64,000 nt of DNA, taken from contig NC_042998.1 in NCBI RefSeq assembly GCF_006345805.1, forward strand, positions 176,452,001 through 176,516,000, given 5' to 3'. The translations under genes and the position numbers were made by a program. This stretch comes from Octopus sinensis (lineage: Eukaryota). Shown piece after piece: positions 53,951 to 64,000 of this stretch. Each line of letters begins with the position of its first letter. Positions within the stretch are counted from its first letter, which is position 1. The notes beneath the pieces are model-generated. The model was not told the origin of the DNA. It did not search any database and was given only the letters and a program-made list of their open reading frames with translations.

Positions 53951-54120
53951 ACCATGCTATTATTATTATCATTATTAATATTACAACTACTACTACTACT
54001 ATTATTATTACTACTACTACGACGACGACGTACCATGCTATTAACTTTATTATTATTATTTTATTATTATTATTATTATTATTATTATATTATTATTATA
54101 TTATTATTATTATTATTACT

Positions 54121-55756
54121 CAGTAGTTTTATTTTTATAACGTGCTTTCACTTCACTACCGAGCGCAGCTCTGTGTGCCTTGGGTATGTGCTGTGATCTG
54201 TTGTGATGCTCTGATGGTTACTGTATTGAAAGTGCGGCGAGCTGGCAGAAACGTTAGCACGCCGGATGAAATGCTTAGCGGTATTTCGTCTGTCGTTACG
54301 TTGTGAGTTCAAATTCCGCCGAGGTCAACTTTGCCTTTCATCCTTTCGGGGTCGATAAATTAAGTACCAGTTACGCTCTGGGGTCGATATAATCGACTTA
54401 ATACCTATGTCTGTCCTTGTTTGTCCCCTCTATGTTTAGCCCCTTGTGGGTAATAAAGAAATAGGTTACTGTATTGAAAGTGTTCTGCATAGGATGTGTG
54501 CAGTGCCTACTAGTGCAATTTTCTGTATGTTATATGTGTTTGTAAGTCCTGGTGTTTTTGTTATGTATTTGTCTGAATATTTTTTTATCATGCCTAATGC
54601 ACCTACTATGATGGGAAATGTTTCTGTTTTTAGATTCCACATTCTAGTTACCTCTATTTCCAGGTCTTTGTCTTTTGAAAGTTTCTCCATTTCTTTTAGA
54701 GATACGTTGTCATTTGCTGGTATTGATGCATCAATTAGAAAGCATTTTTTTCTTCATGATCTCTGACAACTATATCTGGTCTGTTGGTCTTAATTTCTCT
54801 ATCTGTGTGTATTCGCATATCCCAGGTATGGTTGCTTTCTCGTTTCCTGTGACCTTTTCTGGCGTGTGCCTATACCATCTTTTTTCTGTTATTCCATAAT
54901 GTTGGCATAGCTTCTAGTGTATGTAGGTTCCAACTCTGTCATGTCTGTGAATATATTCCTTCTTTGCCAGGACTGGGCAGCCAGAGATAAGATGATTTAT
55001 TGTTTCTTGTCCATCTCCACATATTCTGCAGTTACTTGTTATATTTCTTTTCATTACATGTTTTGATAATTTCTGGTGGGGAAGCTTTGGTCTTGTGCTG
55101 CAATTAAAAATCCCTCTGTTTCTGCTTTGAGTCCTGAGCTTCTCAACCATTGCTGGGATTTTTCTTTGTCTATTTCTTTTGCGTTTAGTTTAGTCCAGTA
55201 TTTGCCATGAAAGGGCTTTTCTTGCCATCGTTTTATCATGGTCCATTGCTGTTCTAGTTTTAGTTTGGATTTCATTTGTTTCATAGCTTTTGTTGTTTCT
55301 TCTTCTTCTTCTTCTTCTTCTTCTTCTTCTTCTTCTTCTTCTTCTTCTTCTTCTTCATATTTGTTAGGTGGTATGATTTCTTGTTTGTATTTGTCAGCTT
55401 CCTTAAATACTGAGAACAGTTTTTTGTTTTGCTCGTGTTTTGCCGTTATTTGTATCAGTGTTCTTTCCTTATGAAGTAGATATTTTTGCAGTCCTATGGT
55501 GGTTATTTTATAGTAGTTTTGCAGCTATATAATAGGGCCTCTACTATATATACGTTGTATATATAGCCTTTCTATGTCAGATTTTGGGTGATGCATCCTA
55601 GATCCTGTCATTATTTTTCTTGTTTTCCTATCTATTTTGGTCAGTTCATTTAGTGTCCAGTTAAGGATATTGTAGCTGTAACTTATAACTGGGACGGCTA
55701 AAGTGTTAATACCTATTATCTTGTTTTTAGCATTGAGCTCTGTTTTTAGTATTTTC
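54121..55756 (-). mobile_element. 5'-truncated R4/Dong-like RLE LINE with (TAA)n 3' flank
   Basis: KILKTELNAK.KIIGINTLAVPVISYS...WQEKPFHGKY...GLKAETEGFLIAAQDQS...CRICGDGQETINHLISGCPVLAKKEYIHRHD...IIVGALG...IQKIALVGTAHILCRTLSIQ*. Frameshifted; contains an internal (GAA)n expansion. Confidence 0.92.
54235..54463 (+). mobile_element. SINE family C (Meta-domain-like) inserted into the LINE
   Basis: Perfect 19-bp TSD GGTTACTGTATTGAAAGTG (54216-54234, 54464-54482). B-box GAGTTCAAATTCC. GCCTTTCATCCTTTCGGGGTCGATAAATTAAGTACCAG resembles the MetaSINE central domain. Confidence 0.9.
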
Positions 55757-55890
55757 GGTTACTTCTGCGGCGTTATGGCCTAGTTTAAACTCATAAAGCG
55801 TAAGTTCCCAAATTAGACTACTTTTCATGTTCATCTGTGCCGTTTTCAAATCACATACGGAGTGAAGCAATGCACAACGCGTCAGCGTAC
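55757..55890 (-). mobile_element. Mariner transposase N-terminal HTH fragment
   Basis: MNMKSSLIWELTLYEFKLGHNAAEVT (cf. LYEFxxGxxAAEA of Mos1/Hsmar1-type HTH). Confidence 0.7.
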
Positions 55891-56154
55891 CAACTACCAA
55901 GATACTACCAACCACAGCGGAGATCCAGCGCGGCTTGAACCGTTTCGAACACGCGATGTGCAAGCTACAATCTAGCACGTATACAAATATTGCAAAACCT
56001 TTTACCGACTCCAAACGGATGAAAGACAAGGCAACCTCGGCGAAATTTGAACGAAGAATATAAAGGCGGCTGAAATGCTGCTACGCCTTTTCCCGGCGAT
56101 TTAGCTTTTCTGACGGCTTGCCACCTTGTGAATATTGATATTAAATCAAGCTGA

Positions 56155-56350
56155 GGGCGACAAACTGGCATAGTTACTACCGCGACGGGCAAAATGCTTA
56201 GCGTCACTTCGTCCTTCTTTACATTTTGAGCTCAAGGTCATCGAGGTCGACCTTACCCTTCAGCCTTTCGGGGTCGATAAAATAAGGACCAGTTGTAATC
56301 GAATTGCTTCCAACCTCGAAATTGCTGATCGTGTACCAACATTTGAAGTC
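56155..56350 (+). mobile_element. SINE family C, diverged (an inverted fragment lies at ~55975-56115)
   Basis: GGCGA.CAAACTGGCA...GAGGTCGACCTTACC.TTCAGCCTTTCGGGGTCGATAAAATAAG. Confidence 0.7.
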
Positions 56351-56859
56351 GACATTAAATCAAGTTCACTTAATGCAGTCTACCATCATCTGTAAACTAC
56401 TGGGAGACAGTTGTTATGTCATAGAAAATATACAAACTGTATATCAAAAAGTAATATAGAGTTTCAAATATCAAACAAAATAGAGGAAAATGTATTGTTT
56501 CACGTTAAATCTTTTTTAGCTTCTAAAATATTTTGGTATTTTGCTCAATGAATCGGACTGTGACTTCTTTTTATAAAAATTTGTTATATACTCAAACATA
56601 TAAAAAATTAACAATCCTATTTGTAGAGCATAAAACACTGAATATTGTGAATATGTGAAGATTTTTTCAATGCGAAATAATGAAAGAATACATTATTTTC
56701 TGACTTCCACAGTATTTGAAACCTTGTTATAAATTTTCGAAGATACGACTTTTAGATGTGAAATTTCATTAACGATATACGACAGACAAATGTATGTATG
56801 TATGTATGTATGTATGTATGTATGTATGTATGTATGTATGTATGTATGTATGTATGTAT

Positions 56860-57204
56860 GGCATTATCCAGTTTTATTTCAAGATTTTTTGCCAATACAG
56901 GAGTCGGTTTCAAGGTTACTTCATTGGAATTTCAACATCAGCATGGTATTTCTGCATGTATGTGTGTATATGTGCAGTGTTAAGAATCAGTGCATGTGCA
57001 GATTTGTATGCTTTGTTTTATGTATGTATTCTCATGCATATAGTTGCGTGTCTAGACAAGCTCAAATATGCTTAAATGATAAACTTCTGGAAAGCTTTTA
57101 CAACTTTTTCCAGTTCCAATGATTGCTTGGATCTGTAGTTTTCGAATTAGCTTTCTCCTTTCTGGTTTTGAGAAACCTAATTTTTCAAGATTGGTCCTTA
57201 GGCA
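56860..57204 (-). mobile_element. 3' end of the (CATA)n-associated RLE LINE family, copy 1
   Basis: [33 protein letters not shown] plus 3' UTR, homologous to 7715-8068; (TATG)n on both sides. Confidence 0.85.
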
Positions 57205-57267
57205 GTATGTATGTATGTAGTATGTATGTATGTATGTATGTATGTATGTATGTATGTATGTATGTAT

Positions 57268-57611
57268 GGCATTATCCAGTTTTATTTCAAGATTTTTTGC
57301 CAATACAGGAGTCGGTTTCAAGGTTACTTCATGGAATTTCAACATCAGCATGGTATTTCTGCATGTATGTGTGTATATGTGCAGTGTTAAGAATCAGTGC
57401 ATGTGCAGATTTGTATGCTTTGTTTTATGTATGTATTCTCATGCATATAGTTGCATGTCTAGACAAGCTCAAATATGCTTAAATGATAAACTTCTGGAAA
57501 GCTTTTACAACTTTTTCCAGTTCCAATGATTGCTTGGATCTGTAGTTTTCGAATTAGCTTTCTCCTTTCTGGTTTTGAGAAACCTAATTTTTCAAGATTG
57601 GTCCTTAGGCA
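57268..57611 (-). mobile_element. Tandem duplicate of 56860-57204
   Basis: Same truncation point; about 2 differences seen. Confidence 0.85.
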
Positions 57612-58637
57612 GTATGTATGTATGTATGTATATTATGAGAGATGACTAAGAACGTGTACATATGAGAAAGAGAGAAAGATTGATGAATGTGTGAAAGAAA
57701 AGAAAAACCAATTTGACGTGAAAGTCACAGAAGGTCTTTTTTATATCTCATACTAACACTACTATTAAACTACAACTCCATGACAATTTTCAGCCTTTCT
57801 ACATCTCTTTTGTTAATTCATACCTACTTTACTCCAGGGACATCTCAGACCCGAAATTTTATTGATTTATATATTTATTCATTTATTTATTTTGCTCATG
57901 CATTATTCTATTTTGCATCTGGATGTTCCTGGGAAATTTGTTAAAGGTTTGATGAGAAACGGCAAATTTGCTTCAAGCTGAACATCGAAACTGGCAGATA
58001 TAGATTATGTTCTCCATATTCACTTCCTAAGAATCATATAAAGATATAAATAATCTCTTTCTATAAATATTATTATAAGCTGTCTTTTTTTTTGTGGTTG
58101 TTATTGTATCTTAAGAATGTGCTAAAGAGATTCTTCTTTGGAAATGTTCGATAGCAAAACAGCAATTTTTATCAAGGCATTACCACCTGCTTCTGTAGAT
58201 TCGATATTGCTAGTATAAAGCAATTTCAACTGTATCTGAACAGATGCACCTGACGTATGTAGGAGAAGGTTGGGTAGTGCGTAGTAGAAGAATCACCATA
58301 GTTTAAAGCCCTTTAATAGGTCTCGTTTGTCTGTGAGTAATGTGGGTTGCAATGATTCCAGCGTTCCCATGGTGAGGATGGTAACAATAATGATACGATA
58401 ACGGTTATAATATGGTTAATAATGTGACTCCTGCGCAAATGTAAGTATATTTGATTGCAACAACCCTCTGCAATCATCTTCCACCGTAGAACAGATAACA
58501 GGCAAAACCGAGCTCGGATGAACACATTAGTTTGGGAACGATATCAATATGTGTGTATCTATGTATGGTAATGTATTGTATGTATCTATGTATGCAAGTA
58601 TGTATTTTCACACACACACACGCAAACACGCATATAT

Positions 58638-58681
<44 letters not shown>

Positions 58682-58901
58682 TATGCACTGTATATAGTTC
58701 ATGCACCTAGATTATTCATATACACTCTGCTATCTATACACACGGACATACGTATATACACATATATTAATATATATACATAAATATGCATATGAGCGTA
58801 TGGGTCTATCTGTCTATCTGTCTGTCTGCCTCTCTCTCTATATGTGTGTGTGTGTGTAGTAGTAGTAGAAGTAATAGTAGTAGTAGTAGTAGTAGTAGTA
58901 T

Positions 58902-58932
<31 letters not shown>

Positions 58933-58949
58933 AGCAGCAGTAGTAGTAC

Positions 58950-59001
<52 letters not shown>

Positions 59002-59491
59002 TAGTAGTAGTAGTAGATACGGCATAACCCAAATGGTGTCCTTTTAAAGCACATCTGCTCGTTCCAGTACCCAAAACCTGTATGTAGATGTTATATTTGT
59101 GGAAGGTGTGCATAAAATTCATCACATAGTAAAACAGGAGATTGGAAAAAAAGATTTTGGTATTATTTACTCACCATTACACGTGTTTCAATTTTTTCTT
59201 TTTTTTTTTTTTTTTTTTTTGTTGGACAGAGAATCGAATAATATTATTTGATTCTATATCTGAAGAATTTCTAATAGGAGATATCTCACATGTTTCTCCT
59301 ACTTGTTACAATTTTGTGATTCCTATTATCAAATGAAGCACATATAACGCTGAATAAATTTTTTTCCCCAATCTCCTTCTGCTATAGCCCCGAGCCCACC
59401 ATTGACGCCTGCGTATAACGGTTTCTTCACCAGGTTATTAGTGTCACAATGTCTAAGCGATGATACTAATTACAAAGTGTAGAAATCTCAG

Positions 59492-59591
59492 NNNNNNNNN
59501 NNNNNNNNNNNNNNNNNNNNNNNNNNNNNNNNNNNNNNNNNNNNNNNNNNNNNNNNNNNNNNNNNNNNNNNNNNNNNNNNNNNNNNNNNNN
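59492..59591. other. Assembly gap (100 N)
   Basis: Run of exactly 100 N. Confidence 1.
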
Positions 59592-59592
59592 T

Positions 59593-59910
59593 ATGTGCCT
59601 CATGTCGGGCGGTTGGCTCATCCTGTATTGTGGAGATGAGGATGTATAGCTCGTTTTTGAAGACATCTATTTTAACCTTATGCCGTATTCTTAGTTTTTG
59701 TTGCAGTGCATTGAAGAGCTATGGGCCTTTGAGCTATGGGCCTTTGAGCCATAGGCTATTGCAGCACCTGGTCCTGAACTTAGATACAGTGGATGGTACC
59801 TTTAGTACAATACAATGACGTCAAGTTCTGGCATTTGTATAACACTCAATGCCGAAATTAAGTACTAGCTCTTCTAGAGCTTTCCATATGTAGAATATTG
59901 CATTGCTGCT
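59593..59910 (-). mobile_element. CR1-group LINE ORF2 C-terminal fragment
   Basis: IFYIWKALEELVLNFGI...NART*RHCIVLK...RTRCCNSLWLKGP*LFNAL...DVFKNEL..LISTIQDEP; internal 15-bp tandem duplication. Confidence 0.7.
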
Positions 59911-60039
59911 TTTTATAATACTTAAGAGGCACAAGGGTCTACTGCAGCCTGCTTAACTTTCGGAATGGTATACTTACCAAAAGTTACCTTGTATTGCTTT
60001 TAGTAGTGTGGCTTGCATGTATACACACGAACATACACA

Positions 60040-60072
<33 letters not shown>

Positions 60073-60081
60073 CATACATAC

Positions 60082-60149
<68 letters not shown>

Positions 60150-60204
60150 TATAACCTCATGAGTATAACCTCACCCACTAAGATGTCTAGAGAACTTATA
60201 TGTA

Positions 60205-60296
60205 TTTTAGCTGATGAGTACGGGACACTTTTATCTGCTGCAATTTTTGCCAACTTGTAATAAAGCCTGTCTTTGTATGAAACAATTGTACTAAAA
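60205..60296 (+). ncRNA. Type I hammerhead ribozyme motif (PLE/retrozyme-like)
   Basis: TTTTAG (60205-10), CTGATGA (60211-17), helix II GTACGGGACA...TGTCTTTGTAT, GAAAC (60279-83), AATT, GTA (60288-90), CTAAAA (60291-96). Perfect 6-bp helix I, intact core, palindromic helix III ACAATTGT. Confidence 0.8.
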
Positions 60297-60323
60297 CTAA
60301 TCCATTCTTGTTGCTTCTGTCTC

Positions 60324-60378
<55 letters not shown>

Positions 60379-60491
60379 CGTAGTTCTCCAGGTGTTCAGG
60401 TACGGTACTTGATTATACATGTTCCCTGCATATGGAGATCTAGTTGTGCTTCCTATATATATATATATAATATATATTATATATATATATT

Positions 60492-60583
<92 letters not shown>

Positions 60584-60847
60584 TAGATAAATATATATAA
60601 ATTAATTAGAGATAAAACCCCTATTACGCAAATCAAACAGTGAAAAACATAAACCAAAAGATAATAATGATAATAATTAATATAATATACATAAAATATA
60701 AAATTTAAAAATTTAAATTATTTAAATTTAAAATTTAAATTATTAATTTATAGTTATAATTTTAAAAAAATTTTATTATTATTTTTTATTAAATATATAT
60801 AACTATCAAAAAGTATTAAAAAGTTTAATATAAGATCAAAAGTAAAA

Positions 60848-60941
60848 CCACTACGTTTCATGACCATAACCTAATTCGAATTACAATAATTTAAATTCAA
60901 TTAATAATTCGAATTATGGTTATAGTCAATCTTCAGTTTAA
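60848..60941 (-). ncRNA. Degenerate hammerhead-like motif with long helix II
   Basis: Minus strand: CTGAAGA-T-TGACTATAACCATAATTCGAATTA...TAATTCGAATTAGGTTATGGTCA-T-GAAAC-GTA. Helix II about 23 bp, but helix I does not pair. Confidence 0.4.
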
Positions 60942-61614
60942 AGATAATCGTTAAATAAATATGCAAATATATTTAAACAATATTTTTAAAGAAATAAATA
61001 AAATAATTTTTCTTATAAAAACTCTATTATCAAACTAGAAACTTTAACGATTATGATTATGTCATACAATCCAATTATAATGTTAAATATTAATTTTTAA
61101 GAAAATGTATTCATCTATTCAGACTGAATATGGCTTTAAAAAATATATAATAAACTCACGAATAACCTAATCTCAGTTATAGTCAGAGTGCATTGCTTTC
61201 CGTTACGTAATAAATGAAAAAAAATCTATTGTAAATACACAAAAGAAAAGTATCCGTTTGTGCACTCAATATACGTTATACGCTTTTTACTTTTCGTTTG
61301 TGCATATACTATATATTTTTTCATTTATTTTATATATGTATATATCGGGAAGAGATGTCTTCCTGGGGCTATTAACGTCAGTAGCACTGTCCTATATAGG
61401 ACGCTACACTTGGTTGACAATTATATGTTTCGATTCCATATTACTGCTGTGTATATCTCGCTCAGAGATTTAATATAGTATATTTCATTTTATATATATA
61501 TCTTATATATATATATATATATATATAATATCATTATATATATGATAGATCTGTTAGCCACTACACACATTTTTTCTCTCTTTGTTTCTCTCCTGTTTTT
61601 TTTTTTTCTGTTTT

Positions 61615-61653
61615 CCGTTCTGTAGAAGAGCGTAGGCTCGAAACGCAAAATAC
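61615..61653 (+). ncRNA. Degenerate copy of the U6 hammerhead-like motif (CUGUAGA)
   Basis: CTGTAGA-A-GAGC(GTAG)GCTC-GAAAC-GCA. Cleavage triplet mutated GTA>GCA and helix I weak. Confidence 0.45.
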
Positions 61654-62144
61654 TTTTTCTATTCCTGAGCGTTATACTAATACATCTGTTTGTTTTGTAC
61701 ACACCTGTCTTCGTCTTTTGTTTGTTTTTTCGTAACTCTCCTATATATCTATCTATATATATATATATCTATATATATATTATTATATATAATATGTATA
61801 TATATATCCATATATTAGATTTTTATGTATGTATATTTCATTTATTAGCTATATATATAAACAATATCGAACGCACATACGCAGTGTAAGTGCTTCGCTG
61901 GTTCGTCGATCGGTGACGATTTGAGGCGTTGGAGATGGCACTCTCGAAACGCCGGGTGTTAAAACACCTAAAAGTCAGCCAGAGATAGACATGCGAGTGA
62001 ACTTATGCCAAGTTCCATTCAGGAGCGATGGATATCGATGTTCCGTCATTTTCGTGATGTATCAACATTACGTACCCGAACCGAACCGGTGGGAAATTAT
62101 ATTATACTATATTATATGCAAACTTGTGTGCACGCATACATATT

Positions 62145-62300
62145 GGCGTAGGAGTAGCTGTGTGGTAAGTAGCTTGCTTACCAACCACATGGTTCCGGGT
62201 TCAGTCCTACACACCTTGGGAAAGTGTCTTCTACTATAGCCTCGGCCGACCAAAGCGTTGTGAGTGGATTTGGTAGACGAAACTGAAAAAAAACCCGTCG

Positions 62301-62370
<70 letters not shown>

Positions 62371-62590
62371 ATATGTATGTGTGTGTGGTGTGTGTGTGGT
62401 GTGGTGGTGTGTGTGTGTGTTGTCCCCGACATCATCGCTTGACATCGGTTCGGCAAAAAGGACCGATAGAATAAGTACTTGGATTACAAAGAATAAGTCC
62501 TGGGGTCGATTTGCTCGACTAAAGGCGGTGCTCCAGCATGGCAACAGTCACATGACTGAAACAAGTAAAAGAATAATAAGAGTAAAGAGT
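62145..62590 (+). mobile_element. SINE family A, full length
   Basis: GGCGTAGGAGTAGCTGTGTGGTAAG...GAAACAAGTAAAAGA. Confidence 0.9.
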
Positions 62591-62831
62591 ATATACACAT
62601 AAATGTGTTTGTGAGAATTTTATGGAACATTTCTGTAATATCTTGTGTATATGTCTCGACCATTTAATGAATATTCTGTAAATATTACAAATATTTCCCA
62701 GTTCATCATAGAATTAGTTCTGCAATATCATGATACTTATATAGAGAGGTTATTCTGCATATTCCAGATATCTTTCCGAAAATACGTCCGTGTATATACA
62801 TATCAGTATACATGTGGGTGGGTTGTATATC

Positions 62832-62866
<35 letters not shown>

Positions 62867-62939
62867 TATATATAGATATATATATATATATAATATCAGT
62901 ATGCATGTGTGTGTGTGTATCTATATATATCAGTATGCA

Positions 62940-62970
<31 letters not shown>

Positions 62971-63727
62971 TATATATATATCTGTGTGTATGTCTATTTG
63001 TTCGTATGTGTGTGTGTTTGTTTGTGTGTATATGTGTTTGTGTGTGTGTGTGTGTGTGTACGTGTGCATGTATGTGTTCATGTTTGTGTGTGTGTGTGTT
63101 TGTTTATGTGTGTGTGTGTGTGTGTGTGTGTTTGTGTGTGTGTATGCGTGTGTGTTAGACCTGAGTCAAAGCAACGTCAGTTCGGTATGTGATTTGCACC
63201 AAATCAAATACGTATTTGTATCGGATGGTAATTCATGCATTAACGGTACAGTTAGCTGCAGGTTTTACTAAGCGTTGATCACGCTTCACCTAATACGATA
63301 GGTCGAAACAGTTGACGGAACCCAATTTACCAGGATTATTTCTCCCTAGCACACTTTCCATATAGACGTAAGGGAAAATTCGTGTGTGTGTGGAATCATG
63401 TGCATGTGTATATATGTATATACAAATATGCATGCATGTATGTATGTATGTATGTATGTATGTATGTATGTATGTATGTATGTATGTATGTATGTATGTA
63501 TATATGATTATATTTGTTTATGTAGATATGTATGTATAATATGTGTATGTATGTATACATATGGTCGTACTTATTGAGATTACTTTCATGCATACATATT
63601 TGTGTGATTTCGTAATGTATGTTTGTCTGTATGTGTGTACATGTATTTGTGTCTGTGTACTTAGATCTGTGTGTATGGGTAGGTTTGGGATTGTAAATGG
63701 ACAGAATACTCACTAGATTCCTAGGTG

Positions 63728-63760
<33 letters not shown>

Positions 63761-63822
63761 CAAGTCAGAGATAAATACAAACTCACATAAACACGCACAC
63801 GTATATATGTCTAATTGTATAG

Positions 63823-63853
<31 letters not shown>

Positions 63854-63886
63854 TGTATGTATGTATGTATGTATGTATGTATGTAT

Positions 63887-64000
63887 GGTCAGGTCACTTT
63901 CGAGTGCTACTGGTAACATGTAACCCAGTACAACCTGTTGCATGGTCAGGTCGTCGGCGACTAAACCGGCAACCCCACCAAGCTTGCTTGGTGAGGAGGG
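63887..64000 (+). mobile_element. 5' part of the 49539 repeat family (runs off the window)
   Basis: GTCAGGTCACTTTCGAGTGCTACTGG...CACCAAGCTTGCTTGGTGAGGAGG after (TATG)n. Confidence 0.8.

Noticed and set aside
58190-58540. Complex non-repetitive stretch that might be coding
   Set aside because: No recognisable motif or consistent splice-bounded frame; probably an old TE remnant.
62145-62215. tRNA-like sequences at SINE heads
   Set aside because: They run directly into SINE bodies and lack a complete cloverleaf; not called as tRNA genes.
3667-63943. Most ORFs in the supplied track (YIYI, VCVC, HTHT, MYVC, poly-L/T/S etc.)
   Set aside because: They are translations of di-, tri- and tetranucleotide microsatellites or SINE bodies, with no splice or domain support.

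Overview
AT-rich, microsatellite-saturated animal genomic DNA. The dominant tRNA-derived SINE families look like those of Octopus, so a coleoid cephalopod is inferred from repeat content. Almost all ORFs in the supplied track are microsatellite translations. The only well-supported host gene is a + strand WD40-repeat gene, seen as two in-frame exons (10087-10273 and 33703-33816) separated by a 23.4-kb GT-AG intron. The rest is intron or intergenic DNA containing three SINE families, decayed R4/Dong-like RLE LINEs, RTE and CR1-group LINE fragments, Penelope-like (PLE) remnants, mariner fragments, MITEs and a complete non-autonomous Helitron. There are also several local inverted and tandem duplications and a 100-N scaffold gap. 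The most interesting unannotated signal is at the RNA level. (1) A canonical type I hammerhead ribozyme at 60205-60296. (2) A four-copy family of minimal hammerhead-like motifs in which core position 6 is always U instead of A (CUGU-N-GA). (3) Further PLE-associated hammerhead motifs. (4) A TSD-flanked, heavily structured non-coding RTE-derived retroelement. (5) An RLE LINE family that appears to insert into (CATA)n microsatellites. All folds and family assignments were made by eye; none was computed or searched.
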